A stretch of DNA of 64,000 nucleotides from Planctomycetota bacterium (GTDB lineage: Bacteria; Planctomycetota; Brocadiia; JAADGH01), in the NCBI GenBank assembly GCA_040755855.1, contig JBFMAD010000003.1, forward strand, positions 1 through 64,000, written 5' to 3'. The notes beneath the pieces were generated by a model, which did no database searches, was not told where the DNA came from, and worked only from the letters and a program-made list of their open reading frames with translations. This document shows, piece by piece, positions 28,163-37,608 of the stretch. The position numbers were made by a program, and so were the translations under genes. Each line of letters begins with the position of its first letter. Position 1 is the stretch's first letter.

Positions 28163-30022
28163 ATGAGGGATTATAGGGTTCATCGTGAATTGGCGATTGA
28201 GGAGCTCGAGTTGCGCGTCACCCCGGTACCCATCGGGACCATTTTGAACGCGCAAAACCCCATCTATCGTTTCACCGACGCCGACGGCGACTACATCATG
28301 CTAAGGTTCAGCGGGCCGGGCCAGGCCGAGGTCGCTGGCGGAATAAATGGCACAAACATCACCGGAATCTACTTCAGCGGGACAACGGGACAGACGAACT
28401 TCCTGATGAGGGACCTCAACCCCAAGGCCGGCGACAACACACTGACGGCGGGCGCGGAAACCATTCAGACCGCCGTGGGCGAATCACTCGGCGCCCTCCA
28501 GTTCATTGCCCCAACTGGCAGGCTAATTGACACCCATATTGAGATTGGCGAGAACCTGGGCAGGTTTTTGGTTATCGGGAGTACGGCGAACGTGGCTGTC
28601 AATGTGAACGGCGGTCTGTCGCAGGCCAGCATCCTCGGCAACGCTTCGGAAACTATGGTGGAAGCGGGGGATATCGGCTCGCTCAGCGTCACGGGCGACG
28701 CCGATGAGTGCTACTTTGCCACTCCCCTTGCCGGCAGTAACTTCGGTCAAGTCGTCATCGGCGGCAACCTTGCCAACAGCTTCATCGGCATCGGCGGCAA
28801 CTCCTCCTCCCTCCGGGTCGGCGGGGATATGCTGGCGAGCCGGGTCATCGCCAACGGCAGCATTGACCGAGTCTTCATCGGAGGCAGCTTGGTGGGCGAC
28901 GAGCCGGTTGGCGCGTTCGGCGAACCGCCCGAGATTGACAATGGGATCAGCGTGGGCGTCAATCTGGGCAGCGTCATCATCCAGGGCGATTTGTTTGACG
29001 CACAGATCGCGGCGGGCGAAAATATCGGCTCAATTCTTATCGGCGGCGAGATGCTTGGCGGAGCGATCATCGTCGGCAGCGAGGCTCAGCCACTACCCCT
29101 CAAGGGCGCGTTCTTCGTGGACACATCTCTGGGGCCGCCGGCGCCCACGGGCAATCTGGGCCGACTCACCATCCAGGGAAGCGTGGTATTTTCGGAAATT
29201 TTCGTTCAGGGCGATCTTGGAATGCTGCAATTCCGGAGCCTTGTGGCCTTAGCCCCGCTCGCGGTCGGCGGCAACGTGGGCCAGTATCAGGTCTCCGGCC
29301 CGCAGTTCATCACGGGCGCAGAGATCGGCGGCGGCGTCGGCAGCATCCTCTTCAACGAGTTCCTCTTTGACTGTGATTTCGCCGTTCAGGGCAATGTGGG
29401 CCGAATGATCATAAACGGCACCCTCGACGAAACGGAGATCAACATCGGCGGCAACCTGGGCCAGGGCAGCATCAACGGCGACCTGGACGAGGGCGGGCGA
29501 AAAGTCGCCTTGGATGAGAGCCGCGTGACGGTGGGAGGGAACGCGGCGAATCTGGCGATCACCGGGGCCCTGATCAATACATCCTTCGTGGGCATCGGGA
29601 ACCACACCGAGTACCTGCGGATCATCGGCGGGATTCTGGGTGGTTCGCGGGTGGAGATGCAGGGCAGCGCGGGCATCGTCCAAATCATCGGCAACATCGA
29701 GGAAGCGCAGGGGCCGGCTCTATATATCGGAGGCCGCCTGATTAACAGCATGCTGCTGCAGGGCAATGTGTTGGGCATCGTCAACATCAGTGGCGGGTCG
29801 CGCTACGCGCCGATCACGATCAGGGGCGACCTGAGCAACGAGCTGACCGCCTCCGCCTTCGGCGACGTCTCGATCCTCGGCAACTTCACGGGCCTGATCG
29901 ACGCGGAAGATGTCGGCGTAGGCAACACGCTCCTCGTGAAGGGGCCGGTTGCCACCGGGGTCGTGGATCCGTACCCGCAGGCGTTCCACAGATACATCGG
30001 CTACGAGCCGGTTGTCATATAG
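28163..30022 (+). CDS. LEPR-XLL-type extracellular protein with Gly-rich beta-solenoid repeats
   Basis: N-terminal LAIEELELRVTP; FTDADGD; repeated GNLG.L.I.G units; GAGGAG RBS. Confidence 0.75.
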   Translation: MRDYRVHRELAIEELELRVTPVPIGTILNAQNPIYRFTDADGDYIMLRFSGPGQAEVAGGINGTNITGIYFSGTTGQTNFLMRDLNPKAGDNTLTAGAETIQTAVGESLGALQFIAPTGRLIDTHIEIGENLGRFLVIGSTANVAVNVNGGLSQASILGNASETMVEAGDIGSLSVTGDADECYFATPLAGSNFGQVVIGGNLANSFIGIGGNSSSLRVGGDMLASRVIANGSIDRVFIGGSLVGDEPVGAFGEPPEIDNGISVGVNLGSVIIQGDLFDAQIAAGENIGSILIGGEMLGGAIIVGSEAQPLPLKGAFFVDTSLGPPAPTGNLGRLTIQGSVVFSEIFVQGDLGMLQFRSLVALAPLAVGGNVGQYQVSGPQFITGAEIGGGVGSILFNEFLFDCDFAVQGNVGRMIINGTLDETEINIGGNLGQGSINGDLDEGGRKVALDESRVTVGGNAANLAITGALINTSFVGIGNHTEYLRIIGGILGGSRVEMQGSAGIVQIIGNIEEAQGPALYIGGRLINSMLLQGNVLGIVNISGGSRYAPITIRGDLSNELTASAFGDVSILGNFTGLIDAEDVGVGNTLLVKGPVATGVVDPYPQAFHRYIGYEPVVI

Positions 30023-30051
30023 CGCATCGAGCGGCATTCCGCACGACCTAT

Positions 30052-30087
30052 CGGGACGAGGCCATCCGGCCTCGTCCCGTTTTTTTT
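30052..30087 (+). terminator. Intrinsic terminator
   Basis: cgggacgaggcc-atcc-ggcctcgtcccg followed by T8. Confidence 0.85.
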
Positions 30088-31397
30088 CAGAGCGACCGGA
30101 CCTCCCGCTTGATGATCTCGTCAATCTCCTTCGCAAACGGCGCAGGCCGCATGTGGAAGTAGATTGACGCCAGCGCCTCGTGCCCCCATTCGTCTATCAT
30201 CGCCGCTGTCGGGATGTAGGCGTCGGTGTAGGAGCAGTAGCCGAAGAAGATCGTCTGCCTGTCCGGGAAGAGGTCCTTCACCATCCGCCCCACGTCGGCA
30301 GTCACCTCGCCGGACATGGCGATGATCCGGATCGAGTCGGTCAGGCCGATCTTCGCGAGGTGCATGCGGAACGCCTTGGGCAGCGCGCCCGTGCGCACCT
30401 TTTCGTAAATCCCCTGCGCCCACAGCCGGACGATGGACGGGTTCGCAGGGCGGAGTTCCTTCGGGATCGTCTCGCGGGTTGGGTCGCAGAGATCCAGCAG
30501 TTCCTGCTGCGACGGCAGCTTGGCCATGTCATAGGGGATATCGAACTCCTTCTCGACGGCGATCAGCCTCAGCTTGATGTCCCTCATCCGGTCCGACGTG
30601 GCAAATTCCGCGATTTTCTTCCCCTCCGTTAGCCAGTAGGCGTCGAATTCCTCGGGTTTCGAGCCGCCCTCGCGCTTCCTTGTCATTACGCTGCCGCCCG
30701 CGCCCTGGACGAAGAGCGTCATGACATCATCGCCCAGCACCTGCTTGATCCCGCGCGAGACGACGCCCGGCCAGTCCGCGCTGATGAGCTGGCCGCTGCG
30801 CGACGTGGAGTGGCAGGCGTAACTGTAGAGCACCGCCTTCGGTTGCTCGGCTCCCTCATCGTAGAAGGTCATCACCGGCAGGTCGGGGTCGTAGTAGCCG
30901 GCCTCGTTCACGCCGAGGCGCATCTTGCCCCCGAGCTCCGGATCGGGCTGGCGGCGGCAGACGCCAAAGCGCGCCTCGCCCACGCCAAAGGTTATGCGCA
31001 TCGGCTTCAGGTCGGCCAGCGCGGCTCGGATCCCTTCGCGGAACCACTGTTCCAACTTCCTGACATATTCGACATCCAACGGCCACTGCGGATAACACTC
31101 CTGGTGGAACAGCCCCGGGGCGCAGTGGGTGTGCGAGGTGTTGAGGATGATGGCGGCGCTCTTCAGCCCCAGGTTCTTCTCTGCCCATGCCTTCGTCCGC
31201 CACGTCAGGTCCTTCGGCAGCTTCAGCAGGTCCATCGTCACCAGGACGATCCGCGCCCCCGCATCGTCCTCCAGCGCGACGATCCGCAGATACAACGGGT
31301 CGCACACGCCCGTGCTTCCTCCCTTCCGACCGGGATAGCCGGCGAGGAAGCATCCGACGGGTGGGGTGACATCACGCTCAAAGAAACCGGCTCTCAT
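30087..31397 (-). CDS. Neutral/alkaline ceramidase N-terminal-domain family protein
   Basis: DVTPP..LAGY..DPLY.R, SHTHCAP, YACH, ISADWPG, QGAGG, SGE, YIPT. Confidence 0.8.
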   Translation of the reverse strand: MRAGFFERDVTPPVGCFLAGYPGRKGGSTGVCDPLYLRIVALEDDAGARIVLVTMDLLKLPKDLTWRTKAWAEKNLGLKSAAIILNTSHTHCAPGLFHQECYPQWPLDVEYVRKLEQWFREGIRAALADLKPMRITFGVGEARFGVCRRQPDPELGGKMRLGVNEAGYYDPDLPVMTFYDEGAEQPKAVLYSYACHSTSRSGQLISADWPGVVSRGIKQVLGDDVMTLFVQGAGGSVMTRKREGGSKPEEFDAYWLTEGKKIAEFATSDRMRDIKLRLIAVEKEFDIPYDMAKLPSQQELLDLCDPTRETIPKELRPANPSIVRLWAQGIYEKVRTGALPKAFRMHLAKIGLTDSIRIIAMSGEVTADVGRMVKDLFPDRQTIFFGYCSYTDAYIPTAAMIDEWGHEALASIYFHMRPAPFAKEIDEIIKREVRSL

Positions 31398-31415
31398 CTG
31401 ATCTTCTCCCATAGA

Positions 31416-31486
31416 GAACCTCCCGGAGGTTTGAAACCTCCGGGAGGTTCGCATCGAAAACATAGGGTGGGCCTCCGGCCCGCCAT
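31416..31486. repeat. Perfect REP-like palindrome plus adjacent GTAG-like REP
   Basis: gaacctcccggaggttt-g-aaacctccgggaggttc (31416-31450); tagggtgggcctccggcccgcca (~31463-31485). Confidence 0.75.
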
Positions 31487-31491
31487 TTTCG

Positions 31492-34110
31492 CTATTTCAG
31501 CGGCAACAGAGCGATCACCCAGACGTCCAGATTGGGTACGGTGAACTCCGCGCGGCCGTCCTTCATCTTGACGCTTGCCGTCGCATCCGGAATATCCGGA
31601 GAATAGAGATTGACAACATCTGAGGCCAGTTGCTTCCCATCCGGCAGCCGGACCGATACGGCAATGTTCTTCCTGGGCGCCACGGCGTCCGTTGCGGCGT
31701 TATAATCGTAGTTCACAAGATGGACGATGAGCATCTTCCCCTTTTGAACCGGATTGATCGCTACAAGCTCCTGCGCATCGGTGGCAACGAGGCTTCCCTC
31801 CTCGCCCAACAAGGACTTGATCGCTTCCACCATAGCGACGTACTCTTTGGGCTTTTCCTTCGGGCGAATCACGCAACAGACGGCGCTTCTTTTACCGGAG
31901 TGCCCGACAGTCGAATCAATCGCATATCCCTGCTCCCCGAAGCCGTTCCATCCCGGCACGGGCGCCGAGTCGCCGTCCTCGAAAGAGGGATTCGCGAGCA
32001 GATTCTTGTCGCTTCCCTTCTCGCCGAGAAAAATATCGTCGAACCATGCCTCGCCCCAGTGGGAACGAAATAGCGCATGGAGCGAGAGCGACTTGATCGG
32101 CTTGGCAGGCACGATCTCCTTCTCGGACATCTCCCAGTCGTGCGTCCCGGGACGGAAGGGAGCACACTGGCCCCAGAGGGGCGTGCCGTCCTGGTATTGA
32201 ATATCCGCGTGGAGCGCATAGTCGTTGTTCAGGCTTCCGCTTACCTCCTTCGCCTTGCTCCAGCCGCGGAGGATGAGCGGCTTCGGCTCCTTCTGATCGA
32301 GCGTCAGGCACTGGACCGCGCCGCACTGTATCCGGGTCCCGAGGGATTCCCTCACCTTCAGGATTTCGTCCCCGAAGCGGTGGATGCAGCCTTTGCCGAT
32401 GCTATGCCTGCCCAGCTCTGTGGGGAAAATCCGAATGGTCGAGTGGGCACGGCGGCCCGATAGGGTCGTGGTTGCCACAGGGAATCCGCCCCCGTGCAGT
32501 TTTCGATAGAACTCGTCACGCGTCGCCATGTCCCCCGATGCGATGATCTTGCCTCCGCGCGCAGCGAACTCCTCCAGGAGGATCGCCTGCTTCGCGCTCA
32601 TTGCCTCCACATTCGGCAGAATCACAAGATCGTAGCGGCTCAGCGTCTTCTCCAGATCGTCATCCGGCCAGAGCGCCGTTCCATCCCCGAGCGCGATCAC
32701 GTCATAGGGAATGTGCTCCGCGTCAAGAGTATTGCAGTGGCCGAAGAAATGGCTGAGCTGCCTCTCGCCGGCCGGACTCCGCGAGGAGAATCCGAGCGCC
32801 CGGCAGACATGATACATGAAGGACGGGACCGAATAGACGACCGCCACGTTCGCGTAGCTCCTGTGTACCCGCGTCAACAGATCCTTGTGTTTCTGCGCAA
32901 ACTTTGCATAGCGGCTCAGCAGATCGTAAACCTTCGGCGCTGGAATGATCTCGACGCTTCCCGTCTCCGCCGACCAATGCGCGTTCTTGAGGAGATAGTA
33001 CGGCACGGCGCAGTTGGCGTAGCACTCCGCCAGAAAAATCTGCGACGGCCCGTACTCCTTCATGCACTGCTCGGTCGCAAAACCCCAGACCCAGATCGCC
33101 TTCTGGTGCCTGCCCGCGGCGGCGGAAATCTTGTAGTCGGCGATAAGTCGCCGCGCCGGATACTGGCGCGACCTCCACTCCTCAAGAAAGATCAGGTCGT
33201 TCGGCTGCGACAGCAGCACGGTGCTGTAGCAGTTCATCGCCGCACACCCCTGGTTGCCGCAGACGGGAATCTCCGGCCTGATCTGCTTCGCTGCACGAAC
33301 GGTGTCGTCCCACATCCGCAGGTTGGAAAGGTTCAGGAAGCGGACATACTCGCACACGATGGGATCATCAAGGGCGACCGCCGGGTGGCCGACGTACTTC
33401 TTGTCCCGAAAGTATTTTGCGAGATCGAACTTCTCTATATCCTCAATCCTGCAATCCTTTGCCTCGCCCGCGGCCCATCGCTCCTCCATGTACTTGACGA
33501 AGGCGGCGCGACACCCCTTGCAGAAACCGCCGTCGCGGACGATGCCCGGCACCATGCCGATATTGTCCTGCCTCATCAGGTCGGTGGTCTTTCGCTTCAC
33601 GGCGTCGAGGAGGTCCTGCTTGTGGAACTCATGCCAGCGGGGGGCATTGTTGCAGACGACCCACGCATTCCCCTTTTCCCCGCCCCACGAGAGGAACAGC
33701 ACCTGCTTCCCCTCGACATCCACGGCAACGCCGTGTTCGTCGTCGGGGACGTACGGCTCCTTGTATCGCCTCTCCCACGCCTGCCACTTTGCCTGATACT
33801 CAGGATACTCGATCGCGCCTGAGATGTTCTTCGGGCGGAAGGGATGATCCTTCAACTCCTCCTTCCCGGGCAATATGCTCCACTCGGCGACGTCGGGCTG
33901 GAGATCGTCCAAGAGGTCGCGGAGCGTCTTCCCCGGCGGGAGCGGCGTCTTCGGGCCGGGGCCGACCACCGGGACAACCACGTCGTATATCCACGGGCAA
34001 GGCGACTTCTCCGCCATCGTTCCCTCCCCAAGCATCTCGCAGCCTGCGCTCAACAGCAGAATGCCCGACGAGCAAACGGCGAGAGCACACAAGGATGATC
34101 GCATCTTCAT
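31492..34110 (-). CDS. Lipoprotein, GH42-like/trimerisation-domain protein with inserted CBM; paralogue of 5937-9305
   Basis: LSAGC lipobox; shared CNNAPRW, QDNIG, C..C, GNQG, HIPYDV, HLVNY motifs; AGGAG RBS. Confidence 0.65.
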   Translation of the reverse strand: MKMRSSLCALAVCSSGILLLSAGCEMLGEGTMAEKSPCPWIYDVVVPVVGPGPKTPLPPGKTLRDLLDDLQPDVAEWSILPGKEELKDHPFRPKNISGAIEYPEYQAKWQAWERRYKEPYVPDDEHGVAVDVEGKQVLFLSWGGEKGNAWVVCNNAPRWHEFHKQDLLDAVKRKTTDLMRQDNIGMVPGIVRDGGFCKGCRAAFVKYMEERWAAGEAKDCRIEDIEKFDLAKYFRDKKYVGHPAVALDDPIVCEYVRFLNLSNLRMWDDTVRAAKQIRPEIPVCGNQGCAAMNCYSTVLLSQPNDLIFLEEWRSRQYPARRLIADYKISAAAGRHQKAIWVWGFATEQCMKEYGPSQIFLAECYANCAVPYYLLKNAHWSAETGSVEIIPAPKVYDLLSRYAKFAQKHKDLLTRVHRSYANVAVVYSVPSFMYHVCRALGFSSRSPAGERQLSHFFGHCNTLDAEHIPYDVIALGDGTALWPDDDLEKTLSRYDLVILPNVEAMSAKQAILLEEFAARGGKIIASGDMATRDEFYRKLHGGGFPVATTTLSGRRAHSTIRIFPTELGRHSIGKGCIHRFGDEILKVRESLGTRIQCGAVQCLTLDQKEPKPLILRGWSKAKEVSGSLNNDYALHADIQYQDGTPLWGQCAPFRPGTHDWEMSEKEIVPAKPIKSLSLHALFRSHWGEAWFDDIFLGEKGSDKNLLANPSFEDGDSAPVPGWNGFGEQGYAIDSTVGHSGKRSAVCCVIRPKEKPKEYVAMVEAIKSLLGEEGSLVATDAQELVAINPVQKGKMLIVHLVNYDYNAATDAVAPRKNIAVSVRLPDGKQLASDVVNLYSPDIPDATASVKMKDGRAEFTVPNLDVWVIALLPLK

Positions 34111-34155
34111 CGGCACTGCTCCTGTGAAATTTGCCTTCACCGTGAGATTTCTCTC

Positions 34156-35115
34156 CTACTTCTTCGGCGCCTTCGGGTGCCAGTTCCACATCGTGTCCAA
34201 CGGCCCCAGCCCCTCGGAAAGCGGGGCGCTGATGTCGGACAGGCGCTTCCAGTCCTCGGGGTCCAGCTTCCAGTCCAGCGCGCCGAGGTTGTCGTCCACC
34301 TGCTCGGGGCGGGACGCACCAATGATTGGGGCGGTGACGCCCTTCTGATCCAGCAACCACCGCAGCGCCGTCTGCGCCGCGGTCTTGTTATACTTCGCCG
34401 CCACCTTCTCCACCGCGTTTACCACCTTCATCGTCTCCGCGAAGTGCTCCGGCTGCAGGCGGCGGTTCTTCCCGCGCGGGTCGTTCGGCACGTCCTCCAA
34501 CTTCTTGAACCGCCCCGCCAGCACGCCCTGGCAGATGGAGGAGTAGGTGATGACGGCGATGTTGTGCTTGATGCAGAGCGGCAGCACGTTCTTCTCGACG
34601 GACCGCCAGAGCAGGTTGTAGCACGGCTGGAGGCAGTCAATCCGCGACGGATCGTTGATCTCCTCCCACTCCGGCTCCATCCAGTTCGACACGCCGATGA
34701 CGCGGATCTTGCCCTCCTCCTTCAGGCGCTCCATCTCGCCGATCGTGTCGACCAGGGGGATATCCGGCGGGGGCCAGTGCTGCTGAAAGAGGTCCATGTA
34801 GTCCGTGCCCAGCCGTTGCAGGGAGGTCTCGAGGTGCTTCCGCACATCCGCGGGGCGGCTGGCGTTGGGCGAGAACTTGGTCGCCAGGACGACCTTGTCG
34901 CGCCGGCCGGCGATGGCCTTGCCGACGAGGTCCTCGGAGTGGCCGCGTCCGTAGCCCTCGGCCGTGTCGAGGAAGTTCAGGCCCTGGTCAATGGCGTATT
35001 GCACCGTCCTCACGAATCGCTCGTCGTCCGACGACGCCCATCCCGCGGCCTGCCAGCAGCCGATGCACAATCGCGAGACCTTGATCCCGGCCCGTCCGAG
35101 TGTGGTGGTTTCCAT
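34156..35115 (-). CDS. Aldo/keto reductase
   Basis: G.NFLDTAEGYG.G.SE, ATK, SL.RLGTDY.DL, HWP, GKIR.IGVSN, IIGA..QV.DN. Confidence 0.93.
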   Translation of the reverse strand: METTTLGRAGIKVSRLCIGCWQAAGWASSDDERFVRTVQYAIDQGLNFLDTAEGYGRGHSEDLVGKAIAGRRDKVVLATKFSPNASRPADVRKHLETSLQRLGTDYMDLFQQHWPPPDIPLVDTIGEMERLKEEGKIRVIGVSNWMEPEWEEINDPSRIDCLQPCYNLLWRSVEKNVLPLCIKHNIAVITYSSICQGVLAGRFKKLEDVPNDPRGKNRRLQPEHFAETMKVVNAVEKVAAKYNKTAAQTALRWLLDQKGVTAPIIGASRPEQVDDNLGALDWKLDPEDWKRLSDISAPLSEGLGPLDTMWNWHPKAPKK

Positions 35116-35276
35116 CGCTTCCTCCTCCTGTCTTGTGATGACCCCAATTATGCCTTTCCGCAAAGTTGAAGATAGCAGAGGACCGATGGGAAGTCAACCT
35201 TCACCATTGACTATGCCCGATGAGGACAGGTAAAATCTAACCCGTACCCATTCCCGCTAAGCGAAAGGAGAATCGA

Positions 35277-36515
35277 ATGGCAAAGGAAAAACTGGCGATC
35301 AACGGCGGCGAACCGGTCCGAAAGGGCGGGTTCCCATCGGGGAACAAGGTCGGCAAGGAAGAATTGAAGGAACTGATTGACGTCATTGACTGCGGCAATA
35401 TGTTCTACGCGAGCGGCACGAAGGTGAAGGGCTTCGCGCAGGAGTTCGCCGCGATCCACGGCGCGAAGCACGCCGTCACCAGCACGTCGGGCACCGCGGC
35501 CCTGCATGTCGCCATCGCCATGGTCAATCCGTCGCCGGGCGATGAGATCATCGTCGGCCCCATCACCGACATCGGCAGCATCATCGGCATCGTCTTCCAG
35601 ACGGCCATCCCCGTCTTCTGCGAGGTCCGGCCCGACACCTTCAACATGGACCCTAAGGACATCGAGCGCAAGATCACCGACAAAACCAAGGCCATCATGG
35701 CGATCCACCTCTTCGGCAATCCGTGCGACATGGACCCGATCATGAAGATCGCGAAGAAGCACAAGCTGCTCGTCATCGAGGACTGCTCGCAAGCGCACAT
35801 GAGCGAGTACAAGGGCAAGTTCGTCGGGACCATGGGCCACATCGGCTGCTTCAGCCTGCAGCAATCCAAGCACATCACCGCCGGCGACGGCGGGATCACG
35901 ATCACGAACGACGACGATCTCGGGGCGCGCGGAGCGCTCTTCATGGACAAGGGGTGGCATCGCGGCGAGCCAGGGGCGAGGAAATATACCGTCTTCGGCA
36001 TCAACTACCGCATGAACGAGCTGACGGGCGCCGTCGCCCTGGCGCAGGTGCGGAAGATGAAGAACGTCGTGGCGCTCCGCCGGGCGCGGGGCGACCTGCT
36101 CAGCGAGCTGATCGCCGACAATCCCCACGTCCAGCCGCAGAAGCTCTTGGATGGGTGCAAGCACACCTATTGGCAGTACGGCCTGCGCGTCCTCGACGAT
36201 GCGCCCTTCACGCCGGCGGACTTCGCCAAGGCGCTCAAGGCGGAGGGCATCGGGTGCGGGCAGGGCTACATCGGCAAGCCGATCTTCCTCTGCCACGAGG
36301 CGCTGCGGACGCAGACGATTTTCGGCGACTCGAAATTCCCCTTCGACCACCCGAACACGCGCAAGGGCATCGCCTATGACGAGGCCACCTGCCCCATCAC
36401 GCAGAAGGTGCTCGACCGCATGGTGACCGCCTCCGTCAGCCAGTTCCTCAGCGAGTCCGACATCCGCGACATGGCTGAAGGGATCAACAAGGTAAGCCGC
36501 CTATTGAAAAAGTGA
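35277..36515 (+). CDS. DegT/DnrJ/EryC1/StrS family PLP aminotransferase
   Basis: SGTAALH, HLFG, IEDCSQAH, FSLQQSKHIT.GDGG, G.NYRM.E. Confidence 0.93.
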   Translation: MAKEKLAINGGEPVRKGGFPSGNKVGKEELKELIDVIDCGNMFYASGTKVKGFAQEFAAIHGAKHAVTSTSGTAALHVAIAMVNPSPGDEIIVGPITDIGSIIGIVFQTAIPVFCEVRPDTFNMDPKDIERKITDKTKAIMAIHLFGNPCDMDPIMKIAKKHKLLVIEDCSQAHMSEYKGKFVGTMGHIGCFSLQQSKHITAGDGGITITNDDDLGARGALFMDKGWHRGEPGARKYTVFGINYRMNELTGAVALAQVRKMKNVVALRRARGDLLSELIADNPHVQPQKLLDGCKHTYWQYGLRVLDDAPFTPADFAKALKAEGIGCGQGYIGKPIFLCHEALRTQTIFGDSKFPFDHPNTRKGIAYDEATCPITQKVLDRMVTASVSQFLSESDIRDMAEGINKVSRLLKK

Positions 36516-36567
36516 TCCACGGCCGAGACGCGGCGAAGAATCAGGTGGTAGGTGCGGAGATGATGAC

Positions 36568-36798
36568 CGTCATTCCCGCGCAAGCTTGTCCCCGCAGGCC
36601 GTAAGCGGGGAGCGGGAATCCACGATGCCGGGTAACGCAACAGCGAAACCACGAAGCTCACGAAAAACGCGAAGGGAAGGCAGAACGAGGGTGAGGCCCG
36701 TTCTGTTACGACGCCACGTGTGGCACGGCTTGCTTGCCAAGCCGTGGTTGTTCGGCCCGTCACACAGGTCGCAGGCAACCCGTGGCATCCGCAGGGAC
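36568..36798. repeat. Mixed repeat cluster: CGTC-type REP with nested hairpin, 9-bp tandem, GTGGCAC REP doublet
   Basis: cgtcattcccgcg..gcgggaatcca (36568-36622); aaccacgaa gctcacgaa aaacgcgaa (36647-36673); gtggcacggcttgcttgccaagccgtg (36720-36746); ..cccgtggcatcc (to 36790). Confidence 0.8.
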
Positions 36799-36811
36799 TC
36801 ACCAATTCTCT

Positions 36812-36840
36812 TTGCTGCATTGGCATTTTCGTGATATAAT
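36812..36840 (+). promoter_or_regulatory. Sigma70 promoter with extended -10
   Basis: TTGCTG-17 bp-TATAAT, TGaTATAAT. Confidence 0.65.
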
Positions 36841-36891
36841 ACTTTTCTACCGAGGGACATTCCTTTCTGTGCGACTGAAGGCAGGTTGCCG

Positions 36892-37497
36892 ATGATTAGA
36901 ATCTCCGAAGCTATCGCCAGTAAGTTGGGCAAGCTTTTCGGGCAGGAGTACCAGGGCGAATACGAGAAGCACGTCCACCCATGTGTAGTGCGTATTGCTT
37001 CTCGCCTTGACCAGACCGAGAGGCTGCTTGAGCAGTGCTACGACGACGCATTCATCTCAGAAGAGTCAAATCGCGAGCAACAGGAACTGTACGTGGAGAT
37101 TCTCAGCTTGGCGTATCAATTCACGAAACGTCTCGAGCATCTCTCGACACAGGTGAACAAATGCCATTCTGTGAAAGTCTACCCATCAGTGAGTAAAACA
37201 CTCGAAGACATACTCCGTGCTCGCGGCAACGCTGTCCACTTCCACGAGCCTTGTTACAATTACGAGCAACCGGATGGCGAAGTTGTCGAGTGTGAAATGC
37301 ACGACACGTGTACTACGCCATTCGAGGGGGAATGCATCTCGATCACAATCAGAATAGCAGAAGAGGATGGGCAGATCTGCTACGAGGAAGACGCCCTAAA
37401 CTTCATTGGGCAGTTGAAGTCATCCATTGCGGACGTTCTTGGAAAATACCATAGCCGATTGGAGTCACAGATTCAGGTGCGGTGCCCGAGTCCGTAG
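36892..37497 (+). CDS. Low-GC hypothetical protein, possible HEPN-like RNase (RxxxxH)
   Basis: Helical-looking sequence with LRARGNAVH; own promoter; atypical codon usage. Confidence 0.55.
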   Translation: MIRISEAIASKLGKLFGQEYQGEYEKHVHPCVVRIASRLDQTERLLEQCYDDAFISEESNREQQELYVEILSLAYQFTKRLEHLSTQVNKCHSVKVYPSVSKTLEDILRARGNAVHFHEPCYNYEQPDGEVVECEMHDTCTTPFEGECISITIRIAEEDGQICYEEDALNFIGQLKSSIADVLGKYHSRLESQIQVRCPSP

Positions 37498-37540
37498 ATT
37501 TGACAGTTGGCTTTGCTCTCTGTCATTTGGTCCCGAACTA

Positions 37541-37575
37541 TGCGGATGCCATGCTCGGGCTGCTCTGAGCGTGTC
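37541..37575. repeat. GTGGCAC-family REP-like palindrome, inverted relative to 36761-36793
   Basis: tgcggatgccatgctcgggctgctctgagcgtgtc; resembles the reverse complement of 21516-21545. Confidence 0.65.
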
Positions 37576-37608
37576 TTGCCAGCGGAGTCGCGTTGCCGAT
37601 AGTCCTCC

